Part shown: piece after piece, positions 35,854 through 45,910 of the stretch
Position numbering within the stretch: position 1 is the first letter of the stretch
Layout of the letters: the number at the start of each line of letters is the position of its first letter
DNA from: an uncultured Clostridia bacterium
Lineage (GTDB): Bacteria > Bacillota > Clostridia > Christensenellales > UBA1242
DNA: 64,000 nucleotides
Direction: 5' to 3'
Assembly: GCA_934777435.1 (NCBI GenBank)
Contig: CAKVNK010000001.1
Span: 381,827-445,826 of the forward strand
The notes under the pieces: generated by a model
Seen by the model: the letters and a program-made list of their open reading frames with translations, nothing else
Databases searched by the model: none
Told to the model about the DNA's origin: nothing
Made by a program: the position numbers and the translations under genes

Positions 35854-36817
35854 TTTGATTCTCTATATAATTTTCATATTTTTTAAGCAATTCTTGCCAT
35901 TTTGCGTTGGTTGATTGGTCGGTTAATTCTGCATAGTTGGTTTTTAAAAATTCACCAACTGCAGTTGAAACCACTTTTGCCCCTTCAAAGTTACAGTGGT
36001 TGCCGTTATCTCTAAAATGGCGTGAATAATCAAAACCTTCAAGCCCTAAATTCATATCATAAAATTTAACTTCAAATTCAGGTGCGATTTGATTATATTT
36101 ATCTGCCAACGCCTTTATTCCATTTGATTTAGCATTATCCCATGTGATAGGTGTTGGAATGGTGATTAAACTTAACTTGATATTATGTTCTTTGCAAAGT
36201 TTATAAATCTTATCAAAGTCGCGCAAAATTGATTTTTCTATCTTTGCTGGTTTGGCGGTTGGGTCTTGCATATAACCATCTTTAAGTGTGTAATCATACA
36301 CTTTGTTTGAATATGTATAACCTTTTAAACAATTATCTTTGCCTTTCATTGTTGGAGGGGTTACAAAATCATTAAATCTTAATTCCTTCCACCTTGTGTG
36401 ATACATGAAAGGTGCAACCAAAAAGGCGTAATCATAAGTTGCAGTACCTTTTAATTTTGGGTTTGGTTGGTAAAAACAGTCTGTATCCAATACAACCACT
36501 TTTGGTTTTTGAGTTTTGAGTGTGGTTTTGAGTTGCTTATAAATCGAATTCATTGTTTGTTGTGCCGCCCCACACCCATATGAAGTGATGCCAGTTTGCT
36601 TGTAAATTTCCATTGAAGAAATGCCACTATACACATCTGAATTGCCATAAAACATAACATCAAGTGTGTTTTTAGGTTCATATTTATATGACACTGCCCC
36701 ATAATATTTTTCGCCACCCATATCGTTTAAATCTTTTGGCATAAACACCATGCCAGCATAGAAATAAAGCAATATAAACACAATTATAAATGAAGATATT
36801 TTAAGAAATTTTTTCAT
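35834..36817 (-). CDS. dltD: DltD-like SGNH-fold membrane-anchored protein
   Basis: 327 aa from MKKFLKIS (GGAGG RBS, TAATG overlap with dltB); N-terminal TM, GNSDV (block I) and DNGNH (block V-like). Confidence 0.55.
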   Translation of the reverse strand: MKKFLKISSFIIVFILLYFYAGMVFMPKDLNDMGGEKYYGAVSYKYEPKNTLDVMFYGNSDVYSGISSMEIYKQTGITSYGCGAAQQTMNSIYKQLKTTLKTQKPKVVVLDTDCFYQPNPKLKGTATYDYAFLVAPFMYHTRWKELRFNDFVTPPTMKGKDNCLKGYTYSNKVYDYTLKDGYMQDPTAKPAKIEKSILRDFDKIYKLCKEHNIKLSLITIPTPITWDNAKSNGIKALADKYNQIAPEFEVKFYDMNLGLEGFDYSRHFRDNGNHCNFEGAKVVSTAVGEFLKTNYAELTDQSTNAKWQELLKKYENYIENQNGKIVP

Positions 36818-38397
36818 TAAAAACCTCCGTAAATAGGGTCTACTGGCACATAGCCTTGACCATAAGCCCCAAATATAATAATCACAAAGAATACACAAAC
36901 ATAAACCGCCAATCGAAGGGCTTGAGGCTTCGCCATAAGGTATTCTTTAACATTGACCTTATACTCTTTAAGTGCGTCTGCAACCAACAAAATTGCAACA
37001 CCAATAAAGCACAAAATAACATCATGCACATCAATAACCGAAGTTGGAATATATCCCATGCCACCTTTAAAGATTTGACCTATCATGTTAAAGCCATCAA
37101 TCAAAGTTGGTGCACGGAAGATAAGCATACCAATGTTAATTATGATAAAAGTGCGGACAACACGTAAAACATTTAAAAATTTTTCCTTTTTTGTACCTGG
37201 TTCAATATGCAGTTTTGCATATATCTTTTTTGCAAGCGGTTCAAGGCACATACCTATCATCATAATCAAATAATAGTATAGACCATAAACTATGTATTTC
37301 CCACTTGCACCATGCCACAATCCATTAAAGAACCAAACAAAGAACAAGGCAAACATTGATGGAATAAAACTTTCAAAGAAAGGGTTAACCTTGCCATGCA
37401 ATTTCCTTGAAAGATTCATGAAAGGTTTGCTCATAGAAATTGGATAAAAAACATATTCTCTAAACCATACACCAAGTGACATATGCCATCTACGCCAGAA
37501 CTCGTTAACGTTGCGTGAAAAGAAAGGTTGTTCAAAGTTTTTGGCAAGGTCTATGCCAAACATTTTGCTTACACCTGTTGCGATGTCGATAATGCCTGAA
37601 AATTCAGCATAAAGTTGGAAAGTGAACGCCAACACACCCAGCACAACAAAAAAGCCGTTGTATTGTGTGTAATTTTTAAAGATTTCGCCAGCGACAATCG
37701 CCAAGCGATCTGCAATCACAACCTTTTTTAAAAAGCCCCATAAAACAGTTAATATCCCATTTGAACAATTTTGTTTGTCAAAGGTGTGTCCTTCGCAAAG
37801 TTGTGGTGACAATTTATCAAATTGTGCAAAAGGGCCTTCCAACATTTGTGGAAAAAAGCACACAAAAAGCGCAACTTTAAAAAAGTTGGTTTCTGCCTTA
37901 TATTTACCACGGTTAACATCAACCAAATAGCCGATTGATGATAATGTGTAATATGATATGCCCAGTGGCAAGCCAATTTTAAGCACTGGCAAATGTGCAG
38001 TAACTTTAAACCATGACAAAAAGCCTTCAAACATATCTGCAAACATGCCTGAATATTTAAGCACAGCAATAAAGCTCAAATTTAAAAGGATTGTCAAAAT
38101 TACAACACAATTCTTTTTCTTTTTAAATTTTGCTTTTAAAAGTTTTCTTTGATCCTTTTCAATGTTCTGTTTTTGAACGTCAAATTTTGCATCAAGTTTG
38201 TTTATTCCAATACCCGCAAAATAAATTGTGGTAATTGTAAGCAACAAAAATACAGTTAAAAATTTGCTGTATATAGCATAAAACAGCAAACTTGCAACCA
38301 ACAAAACGATATATCTTTTGTTTAACGGAACGGTAAAGTATAAACCAAAAACAACACTCATAAAAAGCAAAAACATTATGATGAGTGTTAAATCCAT
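36817..38397 (-). CDS. dltB: MBOAT-family D-alanyl transfer protein DltB
   Basis: 526 aa polytopic; FWRRWHMSL and WFFNGLWHG blocks including the conserved MBOAT His. Confidence 0.8.
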   Translation of the reverse strand: MDLTLIIMFLLFMSVVFGLYFTVPLNKRYIVLLVASLLFYAIYSKFLTVFLLLTITTIYFAGIGINKLDAKFDVQKQNIEKDQRKLLKAKFKKKKNCVVILTILLNLSFIAVLKYSGMFADMFEGFLSWFKVTAHLPVLKIGLPLGISYYTLSSIGYLVDVNRGKYKAETNFFKVALFVCFFPQMLEGPFAQFDKLSPQLCEGHTFDKQNCSNGILTVLWGFLKKVVIADRLAIVAGEIFKNYTQYNGFFVVLGVLAFTFQLYAEFSGIIDIATGVSKMFGIDLAKNFEQPFFSRNVNEFWRRWHMSLGVWFREYVFYPISMSKPFMNLSRKLHGKVNPFFESFIPSMFALFFVWFFNGLWHGASGKYIVYGLYYYLIMMIGMCLEPLAKKIYAKLHIEPGTKKEKFLNVLRVVRTFIIINIGMLIFRAPTLIDGFNMIGQIFKGGMGYIPTSVIDVHDVILCFIGVAILLVADALKEYKVNVKEYLMAKPQALRLAVYVCVFFVIIIFGAYGQGYVPVDPIYGGF

Positions 38398-38400
38398 ATG

Positions 38401-38631
38401 TTAGTCCTCGTCTTCAATTTTTTCAATCAATGCCATAATTGTTTTTGCTGAACTAAAATTTTCTGGCACGATGTGAATAGGTGTGATTTCAATATCAAAT
38501 TCATTGTTAAGTTCAACAACTAATCTAATGATATCAAAAGATGTTAAAATACCTTTACCAATCAAATCGGTTTCGTGTTCAAAGTCCACATTTGGTTTTA
38601 ATTCGTTTAAAATTTTTAAAAGTTTTTCCAT
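38401..38631 (-). CDS. dltC: D-alanyl carrier protein DltC
   Basis: 76 aa acidic four-helix ACP-like; GILTSFDIIRLV attachment-site region; sits between dltA and dltB. Confidence 0.75.
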   Translation of the reverse strand: MEKLLKILNELKPNVDFEHETDLIGKGILTSFDIIRLVVELNNEFDIEITPIHIVPENFSSAKTIMALIEKIEDED

Positions 38632-38773
38632 ATATTCTCCTTAATTTTTTGTGTTTTTCTTTATTTTAAATTTTTTTTATTTTGTTTTTTGTTTAGTGTG
38701 ATTCTATTTTTTTAATTGAAATATTTTATTTTTTATTATTGTTTAATCTTTTTATGGTCTTTTTTAATCTAGA

Positions 38774-40303
38774 TTAGTTTTCCATCAATGCCTTATAATT
38801 TGATTTTAAATATGCACGGTCAATTTTTCCGTTTGCATTTATTGGCATTTGTTTTGCTTTAATAAGCACGTTTGGCACCATATAGTAAGGCACTTTTTGT
38901 TTGATAGCGTCCATAACCACATCTTGTTTTGCTCTGCCCTCATAAATCATAACAATCAAATCGGCTTGTGTGTCATAAACGCATACAACCGAGTTAACAT
39001 TTGCTATTGCACTGGCTGATGTTTCAATTTCGCCAAGTTCAATACGATAGCCCATGTGCTTAATTTGGAAATCTTTTCTGCCCATATACACATACTCACC
39101 ATACTGATTAAGTTTCACCAAATCGCCGGTTTTGTAAACTTTTTCTGGGTAATGGTTATGTAATGGATTTTGAACAAATGCAGATGCCGTTTTTTCAGGA
39201 TTATCATAATAGCCAGAAGCCACGAAACTGCCCCTAACATAAAGTTCACCAACCTTATCTTGTTCGGTAACTTCATGGTTGTTTTCATCGACAATAAAAG
39301 TGTTACAGTTGTTGCAATGCTTGCCTATTGGCAGGCTTTCGTCATCATTAAATGGACGATTAACAACATAATATGTACAAATATCCGTTGTTTCAGTTGG
39401 TCCAAACAAGTTTGCAAAACTTACATCTGGCAATGCCCTACGCCAATAGTTGAGTTGTTTGTTTGGCATAACTTCGCCAGCAAACATAACTTTGGTTAAA
39501 TATTTTGGTTTTTCATAGTCAAACAATTTGATGTTAGCAACTATGCAAAGTGCACTTGGCACCCAATAAATTGTGTTAATTTGCCTTTCATTTAAAAACT
39601 TTACCAACTGAATAGGAAAGGAAAAATATGATTTTGGCACAATGTTAAAGGTTGCACCTGACATAACTGTGCCAAAAATATCTGACACAGACATAGAAAA
39701 ATAAAATGGTGTTTGATTGCCAAAGATTGTGTCTTTATTGATTGAAAAACAATCCACAAACCAAGTTGTGTAATCTACCACATTTTGATGTGTTAAAATT
39801 GTGCCTTTTGGTGTGCCTGTTGAACCAGATGTGAATAGTGCATAAATTGGGTCAGTAGAGATAAGTTCTTCTCTCTTTTTTGAAATAAACTCTTGGTCAA
39901 TCTCTGATTTTTCACAATCATCAATCATCAAAGCTGTTGCGTCAGTTTTAAGTGTGGCAAGCAATTCTTTGTTATGTTCTTCACCCAAAATTGCAATCGG
40001 TTTGATAACATCTAATATTTTTTGCAAGCGTTCGCTTGGTGATTTTGAATCTAAAACAATATAGTAGTTGCCTGAATACATAACCGCAAACATACCTTTT
40101 AAAGTGTTAATGTTGCGATTGTCAAAAACTGCTATTGGTTGATTATGGCTACCCCCCCCCAGCAGAATTTTCATTGAACTGGCAATCTTTTTACATTGCG
40201 TTTCAAACTGACTATAACTGATTGAATTTTCACTGTCAGCAAAAATGGTTTTATTCGGCATTTCAAGTGCATTTGCTTCTAAACATTGTAGAATGGTTTT
40301 CAT
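38774..40303 (-). CDS. dltA: D-alanine--D-alanyl carrier protein ligase DltA
   Basis: 509 aa; FTSGSTGTPKG, YKTGD, GRKDFQIKHMGYRIELGEIE adenylation-domain motifs in the DltA-specific form. Confidence 0.85.
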   Translation of the reverse strand: MKTILQCLEANALEMPNKTIFADSENSISYSQFETQCKKIASSMKILLGGGSHNQPIAVFDNRNINTLKGMFAVMYSGNYYIVLDSKSPSERLQKILDVIKPIAILGEEHNKELLATLKTDATALMIDDCEKSEIDQEFISKKREELISTDPIYALFTSGSTGTPKGTILTHQNVVDYTTWFVDCFSINKDTIFGNQTPFYFSMSVSDIFGTVMSGATFNIVPKSYFSFPIQLVKFLNERQINTIYWVPSALCIVANIKLFDYEKPKYLTKVMFAGEVMPNKQLNYWRRALPDVSFANLFGPTETTDICTYYVVNRPFNDDESLPIGKHCNNCNTFIVDENNHEVTEQDKVGELYVRGSFVASGYYDNPEKTASAFVQNPLHNHYPEKVYKTGDLVKLNQYGEYVYMGRKDFQIKHMGYRIELGEIETSASAIANVNSVVCVYDTQADLIVMIYEGRAKQDVVMDAIKQKVPYYMVPNVLIKAKQMPINANGKIDRAYLKSNYKALMEN

Positions 40304-40633
40304 TTCTTCTCCAAATTAACCTGTCATTAGGCTTGCTTTATTTGTGATATACTAGCAAATAAACATATTAAAGTCAAACAGATATGTGATTTTGTCGATT
40401 ATTAACACCATTTTCACACTAAACAAAAAAATAATGAAATAAAATAAAAATAATATGTTTATAAAAATAAAAACAATATAATAAAAACCCCAACAAAAAC
40501 AAACAAAAACAAAATTTTATATCAAAACAAACAAATTCTATTTTAAACCTAGTAATTAGATTTGTCATTTTTAAAAAAAAGTGCTACTATTATCGGTGTT
40601 GTTAACGTTTTAAGCGTTATTTAAAAGGTATTT

Positions 40634-41464
40634 ATGAAAAACTCATTTAAAGATAAATTAAAAAATTTTTTTAAGTCGTTCACGCCATATCAAATTATTT
40701 ATTTAGCTAGCGTTGTTGTTATTGTTGTTTTATTCACAATCTTTTTGCCAGATGAAATGCTTGAAAGCACAGATGGGCTTAGCAAAGGTATGGCAACTTT
40801 GGTTACAACTTGTGCCATAATTGCAGTTATTGCCAACCCTGTTTGTGAATTGTTAATTTCAAAACAAAGCAAATGGAATTTTATTGTATCTATCGTTTTT
40901 GTTGAAATCACTGAATCTGTTGTGTTGTTTGCACAAGGCAATTACGCATCAGCAATTATCACTCTTTTGTTTTGGATTCCTATTGATTTTGCATCATTCA
41001 TCAACTGGAACAAACACCCAGACGAAAAAGATGAAGAAGTAACAAAAGTTAAAAAATTAAGTTGGAAGGCAGACATTTTAATTGTGCTTGGCATTGTTGC
41101 CTTTGGCTTTGGTGTTGGTTGGTTGTTAAAACTTATCCCAGGCGCTGAAAACACATTTATTGACGCATTTTGCAGTGCGGTTGGTATGGCTAATGCAATA
41201 TTGCTTATGTTGCGTTACAACGAGCAATGGATTGCTTGGGGGCTTTATCTTATATTAGACGCAGTGTTGTATATTATGGCTGGTTCATACATTATGCTTA
41301 TCACTGTTGTGGCAATGATGATAAACACAATTTATGGTTTGATAAAATGGTTGGTTTATATTAAAAAACATAAAAAAGAAAATGCCACAACTATTAATGC
41401 TGAACAAGAAAAAAATAATTCAGCAAATGAAATTGCCAACACAAACAATGAAGCAAATAAATAA
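40634..41464 (+). CDS. pnuC: nicotinamide riboside transporter PnuC-like
   Basis: 276 aa, seven to eight TM helices; WIPIDFASFINWNKH and NEQWIAWGLYLILD blocks recall PnuC. Confidence 0.65.
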   Translation: MKNSFKDKLKNFFKSFTPYQIIYLASVVVIVVLFTIFLPDEMLESTDGLSKGMATLVTTCAIIAVIANPVCELLISKQSKWNFIVSIVFVEITESVVLFAQGNYASAIITLLFWIPIDFASFINWNKHPDEKDEEVTKVKKLSWKADILIVLGIVAFGFGVGWLLKLIPGAENTFIDAFCSAVGMANAILLMLRYNEQWIAWGLYLILDAVLYIMAGSYIMLITVVAMMINTIYGLIKWLVYIKKHKKENATTINAEQEKNNSANEIANTNNEANK

Positions 41465-41716
41465 TACAAAATAAATATTTAAACGAATTAAAAAAAATTA
41501 AAAACACTAAAAATAATTAATTTTTATTTGATTAAAAATAAATTTTAATTATTTTTTTATTTAAAAAATTAATTTATGTTGAAAATATTACCATAAAATA
41601 TATAAAAATACATTAATATTTTATTTTTTAAATTTTTATTTTAAATAAAATTAATTAAATATAAAATTGTATTTTTAATTTTGAATAATTTTATTTATTA
41701 TTTACAAATTAAAATT

Positions 41717-42265
41717 ATGAAAAAGTTGATGTTATATTTAAGTGCTTTTGTTCCTTTGTATTTTTTGCTTATTTTAAAAATTTTGGTTGATATTCTTTTT
41801 GGCAATTTAACTTTTAATGTGCTTAACAGTTTATCTTTGATTTTGTATTCCTTGGCAATGATTATGGGAATTGCTGGTGCAATAAATGCACTAAAACACA
41901 ATCAAACAAAACCAACAAAAATTGAAATTGTTGAAAAGCACAGTTTAACTGAACAATATTTTTTAGGCTACTTTTCTTTATTCGTTTTGTTTGCACTCAG
42001 TTTTGAAATTGAAAAAGTGAGTATGTTTGTTGTGTTTGTATCTATTATAATTTTGATTGGCATTGTATACATCAAGAACGATTTGTTTTATATCAATCCA
42101 TTTTTAAATTTGTTGGGTTACAATTTTTATCAGGTCACTTTTATGTTAGACGGCAAAACTGAAAAGCAAGTGGCAAAATTTTTATTCAAGGGTCAACTTA
42201 AAACAAAACAGAAATACAACGCCAAATTAAGCCATGAAAATTTCAGTATTATTGAAAAGTTTTAA
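41717..42265 (+). CDS. orphan paralogue of the island KwaA-like four-TM protein
   Basis: 182 aa from ATG 41717; shares TEQYFLGYFSLFVL and VYIKNDLFYINPFLNLLGY with 4192-4785; no KwaB-like partner adjacent. Confidence 0.5.
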   Translation: MKKLMLYLSAFVPLYFLLILKILVDILFGNLTFNVLNSLSLILYSLAMIMGIAGAINALKHNQTKPTKIEIVEKHSLTEQYFLGYFSLFVLFALSFEIEKVSMFVVFVSIIILIGIVYIKNDLFYINPFLNLLGYNFYQVTFMLDGKTEKQVAKFLFKGQLKTKQKYNAKLSHENFSIIEKF

Positions 42266-42313
42266 AAGTATAAAACACAAATTTGCACACAAACTATTTT
42301 AAGGAGAAATTAT

Positions 42314-42850
42314 ATGGAAGGAAAAGGAATTGTCCGCCGTGTGGACGAATTGGGGCGTATTGTTTTGCCACGTGAAATGCGTAAAATGATTAATGTTCGT
42401 GTTGGCAGTAAATTGGAAATAGGTATTGTTGATGGCAATAAATTTTTGCTTACAAAATATAGTGATATGGACGCATTAAAAGAATATAGTGACGCGGTTG
42501 CATCTGCCATTTCAGTTAGCATAGAACACGATGTACTTATAAGTGATATGGAAAAAATTTTATCTTCAAACCGCAAAAAATATATAGGTAAACAGATGAA
42601 CGAAGATGTGCAAGAATTGATATATGCAAAAGAGATAATTATAAAAAAGCAAGATGACGATAGTGAAATGTTAAACTTCTTTCCCAACACAGAAAATGAA
42701 TTTTGCTGTCAACTGGTTGTTCCAATTATCAAAGATGGTGACGCAATAGGTTCAATTATTATTTTAGCAACCGAAAACAAGTGCTTTGACGACAGTGCCG
42801 TCAAAATCTGTAAAGCTTTTAGTAAGTATCTATCCGACCAGTTAAGTTAA
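42314..42850 (+). CDS. spoVT: SpoVT-like AbrB-family regulator (SpoVT-AbrB swapped-hairpin plus GAF-like domain)
   Basis: 178 aa; GIVRRVDELGRIVLPREMRKMINVRVGSKLEI matches the AbrB/SpoVT N-domain; length and C-terminal VVPIIKDGDAIGSIIIL match SpoVT. Confidence 0.7.
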   Translation: MEGKGIVRRVDELGRIVLPREMRKMINVRVGSKLEIGIVDGNKFLLTKYSDMDALKEYSDAVASAISVSIEHDVLISDMEKILSSNRKKYIGKQMNEDVQELIYAKEIIIKKQDDDSEMLNFFPNTENEFCCQLVVPIIKDGDAIGSIIILATENKCFDDSAVKICKAFSKYLSDQLS

Positions 42851-42863
42851 CTTAATATATAAA

Positions 42864-42896
42864 TAAAAAAACACCTAAAATTTAGGTGCTTTTTTA
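42864..42896. terminator. bidirectional intrinsic terminator
   Basis: CACCTAAA / TTTAGGTG palindrome flanked by an A-run and a T-run between the convergent spoVT-like and VirB4-like genes. Confidence 0.65.
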
Positions 42897-42940
42897 CTTT
42901 TTCTATTAGAAAATTGTGTTTTGTTTAGCAAATAATATTT

Positions 42941-45682
42941 CTATTTCTTTGCTTCACCAATCATCACTTTAACCATATCGTAAGCGTAAATATCAATAAA
43001 CAAACGTGTCATAGGGCTTGTGATTAAGAATGCACGACCTAATGGTGCGGTTACAATACCCTCTTGTTCGTTTTTATTGATACCACCTGCTGATTTGTAA
43101 AGTTCCAACAAGTCCGCCATATCGTTTGGTGCAAGTTGCAAAATCATACTGTATTGGCAGGCGTTAATAATAGCCGCTGACCTACGTTGAATTTCTGGTG
43201 TTCCCAAGAAGTCTTTAATATTTTGTGTAATAACAATTTGCATACCTTGATATTTACGGATACGTTTAGCCATTTCAGCCATGAAGTTAAGTGCTACTGG
43301 GCTATCTGGGTCAATGAACATGTGCGCTTCATCGACAGCGATAACAACTTGACGTTTAATATCTTCGCCTGTACGTTGGTAATATTCTTCATTAAAGCGT
43401 TTGTTGTTAATAATTTCGTTGTTCAAATATTTAAACACAAGCAACATTTGAGCATTTGCCAACTTGTTGTTTTTGCTTGCAAACAATGTTTGGAAGTTAA
43501 ATGTAATCAAGTTTTCATCTGTCAAAATGCTGGTTGGCCCGTTCCATAAGTCACTGTTACGACCACCTGACGCAAATTTTTGAATATATGTTTCAAGAAC
43601 AAGCAAATTTTTACGGTAATAATCATCTTTAACTGTTTTAAGTTTGCTTTGTATAAGTGCAAACAAATCGTCAAATATTGGGTAATCTTCCGCTTTCAAT
43701 TTACCGATATTTGTATGTTGGTTAATACCTTTATTATTGTAAAGTTCAACAACCAAAGTGTTAAGTGTTTCAAATGCGTCACTGTCAATACCTTCCAAAA
43801 TTGCACGGAAGAATTGTTCCAAGAATTGCAAGTGAGTAAAGAAAGTTTTGTTGGTGCCTTTCATAACAAGGTCGTCAATGCTTTCATCGTCAACATCGTC
43901 TTTGCCTTCTGTTGCCGCATCCAAGTCTTCCAACGATGCCATGATGTGGAAAGGATTTAAGATACCTGATTTATTTGTGCCTACGTCAATAACTTTACCA
44001 CCAAGGTTACGTGTCATCACGTCATATTCTTGTTCCGGGTCGAGAATAAACATTTTTGTTCTGTCCGCAGCCAAGTTTGCCAAAATGGTTTTTGTTGCAT
44101 ATGATTTACCAGAACCAGATTTACCAATAACCATCATATTAGAGTTAATACGGCCTGATTTTCTATCCCTTACAAAGAAGTCCACAAACACAGGATAGCC
44201 ACTTGCTGTTGCCACACCAAGGCAGAAACCTGCTTTATCTTGCATAATACTATCAACCATTGGAAAAGATGCCGCAATAGTTGTTGATGGCATACTACGA
44301 TAATAATTTTTTAATGTGTCAATACGGTTAACACTGCTTGATACAAATGCATCCACTTGCCTACCAAATAAATCTGATTGTTTAAAACCATTTTGTTTAA
44401 GCACGTTGCGGAATTCCTTACGGTCTTCTTCTTTAACACGTGCATGAATGGACACATCATAAAGTTGTTCGTTGTTAGTTTTTAAGTCACGTAGCAGTTG
44501 TTGTAAACTTTCAATATCTGCTTGTTTTTCAATAATTTGGCTGGAACGATAAGTTCTATCCAACTTTGATTCTTTTTCCATAACCGCACGGTCGATTGCT
44601 TTTTCGCCTTTATCTTTATCAACCGGCATAATATTCATAACAACACGTGTGTTTTCCTGGTTAAAGATTGGATAAGCCCAACCATTACCAACTTCCAAAG
44701 GATAATTTGTAATAACAAATTGTTTAAATGGACGTTTGTCAATTTCCACACGTGACATTTTAAATTCTACCCTATTAGGCATAATCCAGTGTGTTAACTG
44801 ACTTGGTGGCACACCGTCAATTTCACGTTCAGAGAACACTTCTTGATAGTTTGATTTTAAGAAACTGATTAAGTCCTTTTCCATCACAATATGAGAACTG
44901 ATTGTGTATTGTCCAACACCCAAATCACCAACAATACCTTTGGCAGTGTCGTCCAAACTGGTTTTATCTGAACCATAGATAACAAGGTAATAGTGTGCTT
45001 GCAAAATTGGTTCTGCTTTGATTGCGTTGTTAAGCCTTGCAACACGCTCACGGAATATCAATGAACGAGAGTCCATTTCCGCATCTGTATATTGCCCTTC
45101 TTCATAAAGCTTATCAAGCAAAGCGTATTTGCGGTCATCACTTTTTAAGAACACGTCAAAGTTCATTGGCTTTGTTGTTTTGATAATGCTTGCACGTTGG
45201 TATTGTGATATACGTTTAAGTGCTTTACTAAACGTGTTAATAACTGCATCTTGGGCTGGCTCTTGCATCAAGTCCAACGCAAGTGGGTCAATTTCGATAA
45301 CAATGCCAGAATATTCACCAAAGTTAATATATTTACCAACTTCAATATTGAAGAAAGGTGTTAAGTTAGACATTGGTTTGATTGACCCTTTTGCACCTTC
45401 TTTAACATATTTTTTGCTAAATGCGGCGAAGCGGATAATCAACACCACCGAACTATACATCCTAAGCCCTTCATCAATAGGCAGGAAGAAAGACACACTA
45501 ACAGCCAACCAGCCGATAAGTGCGTACCATCTGTAATCTACGTCATTGATTTTAAACAGGTTGCTTGCGATAATAACCACAGCAAAAGCCAAACAAAGAA
45601 TAGCCAGGATAATATCGCCCAGCGTAATATTCTTTAAAAATTCTGTTTTAACCCGAGTTTTACCCGGAATATACCTAATCAT
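42941..45682 (-). CDS. VirB4/TraE-family T4SS ATPase with N-terminal VirB3/PrgI-like TM segment
   Basis: 913 aa; two N-terminal TM helices, Walker A MVIGKSGSGKSY, Walker B VVIAVDEAHMF. Confidence 0.85.
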   Translation of the reverse strand: MIRYIPGKTRVKTEFLKNITLGDIILAILCLAFAVVIIASNLFKINDVDYRWYALIGWLAVSVSFFLPIDEGLRMYSSVVLIIRFAAFSKKYVKEGAKGSIKPMSNLTPFFNIEVGKYINFGEYSGIVIEIDPLALDLMQEPAQDAVINTFSKALKRISQYQRASIIKTTKPMNFDVFLKSDDRKYALLDKLYEEGQYTDAEMDSRSLIFRERVARLNNAIKAEPILQAHYYLVIYGSDKTSLDDTAKGIVGDLGVGQYTISSHIVMEKDLISFLKSNYQEVFSEREIDGVPPSQLTHWIMPNRVEFKMSRVEIDKRPFKQFVITNYPLEVGNGWAYPIFNQENTRVVMNIMPVDKDKGEKAIDRAVMEKESKLDRTYRSSQIIEKQADIESLQQLLRDLKTNNEQLYDVSIHARVKEEDRKEFRNVLKQNGFKQSDLFGRQVDAFVSSSVNRIDTLKNYYRSMPSTTIAASFPMVDSIMQDKAGFCLGVATASGYPVFVDFFVRDRKSGRINSNMMVIGKSGSGKSYATKTILANLAADRTKMFILDPEQEYDVMTRNLGGKVIDVGTNKSGILNPFHIMASLEDLDAATEGKDDVDDESIDDLVMKGTNKTFFTHLQFLEQFFRAILEGIDSDAFETLNTLVVELYNNKGINQHTNIGKLKAEDYPIFDDLFALIQSKLKTVKDDYYRKNLLVLETYIQKFASGGRNSDLWNGPTSILTDENLITFNFQTLFASKNNKLANAQMLLVFKYLNNEIINNKRFNEEYYQRTGEDIKRQVVIAVDEAHMFIDPDSPVALNFMAEMAKRIRKYQGMQIVITQNIKDFLGTPEIQRRSAAIINACQYSMILQLAPNDMADLLELYKSAGGINKNEQEGIVTAPLGRAFLITSPMTRLFIDIYAYDMVKVMIGEAKK

Positions 45683-45910
45683 TTAACCCCTATTTTTTAG
45701 GCCAAGCCTAAATACAATAATATTTTAACCTAAAACAAACAACTTTAATTCGTTTTTAGTTCCTAATTTAGTTCCTAACATAATTTGTTGTTAACATAAG
45801 AAAATATTTTTTTAATACGTTTTGTTGTTAACACATTAAACAAATTTAGGTGCATAGGCCAAGCAATATGAATTTGATTGCTCAGCCTAAGCCATAAATT
45901 TTTATTTAAT
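45683..45910. repeat. repeat-rich 228-bp spacer between the VirB6-like and VirB4-like genes
   Basis: TTTAGTTCCTAA x2 in tandem (45755-45778); TTTGTTGTTAACA x2 (45786 and 45821); TAGGCCAAGC x2 (45698 and 45854), the second inside a TAGGCCAAGCAAT...ATTGCTCAGCCTA hairpin. Confidence 0.6.

Noticed and set aside
36818-36898. 27-codon N-terminal extension of the DltD-like ORF overlapping dltB
   Set aside because: The internal MKKFLK start has a GGAGG RBS and a TAATG coupling overlap with dltB. The extension is Cys/Trp-rich and lies inside dltB.
40304-40633. Looked for an NAD+/pnuC-motif riboswitch or other leader upstream of pnuC
   Set aside because: Only a small TAACG...CGTTA hairpin near the RBS and an unrelated TTTATTTG/CAAATAAA inverted repeat were seen. 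I cannot match a riboswitch consensus by eye. It needs an Infernal/Rfam scan.
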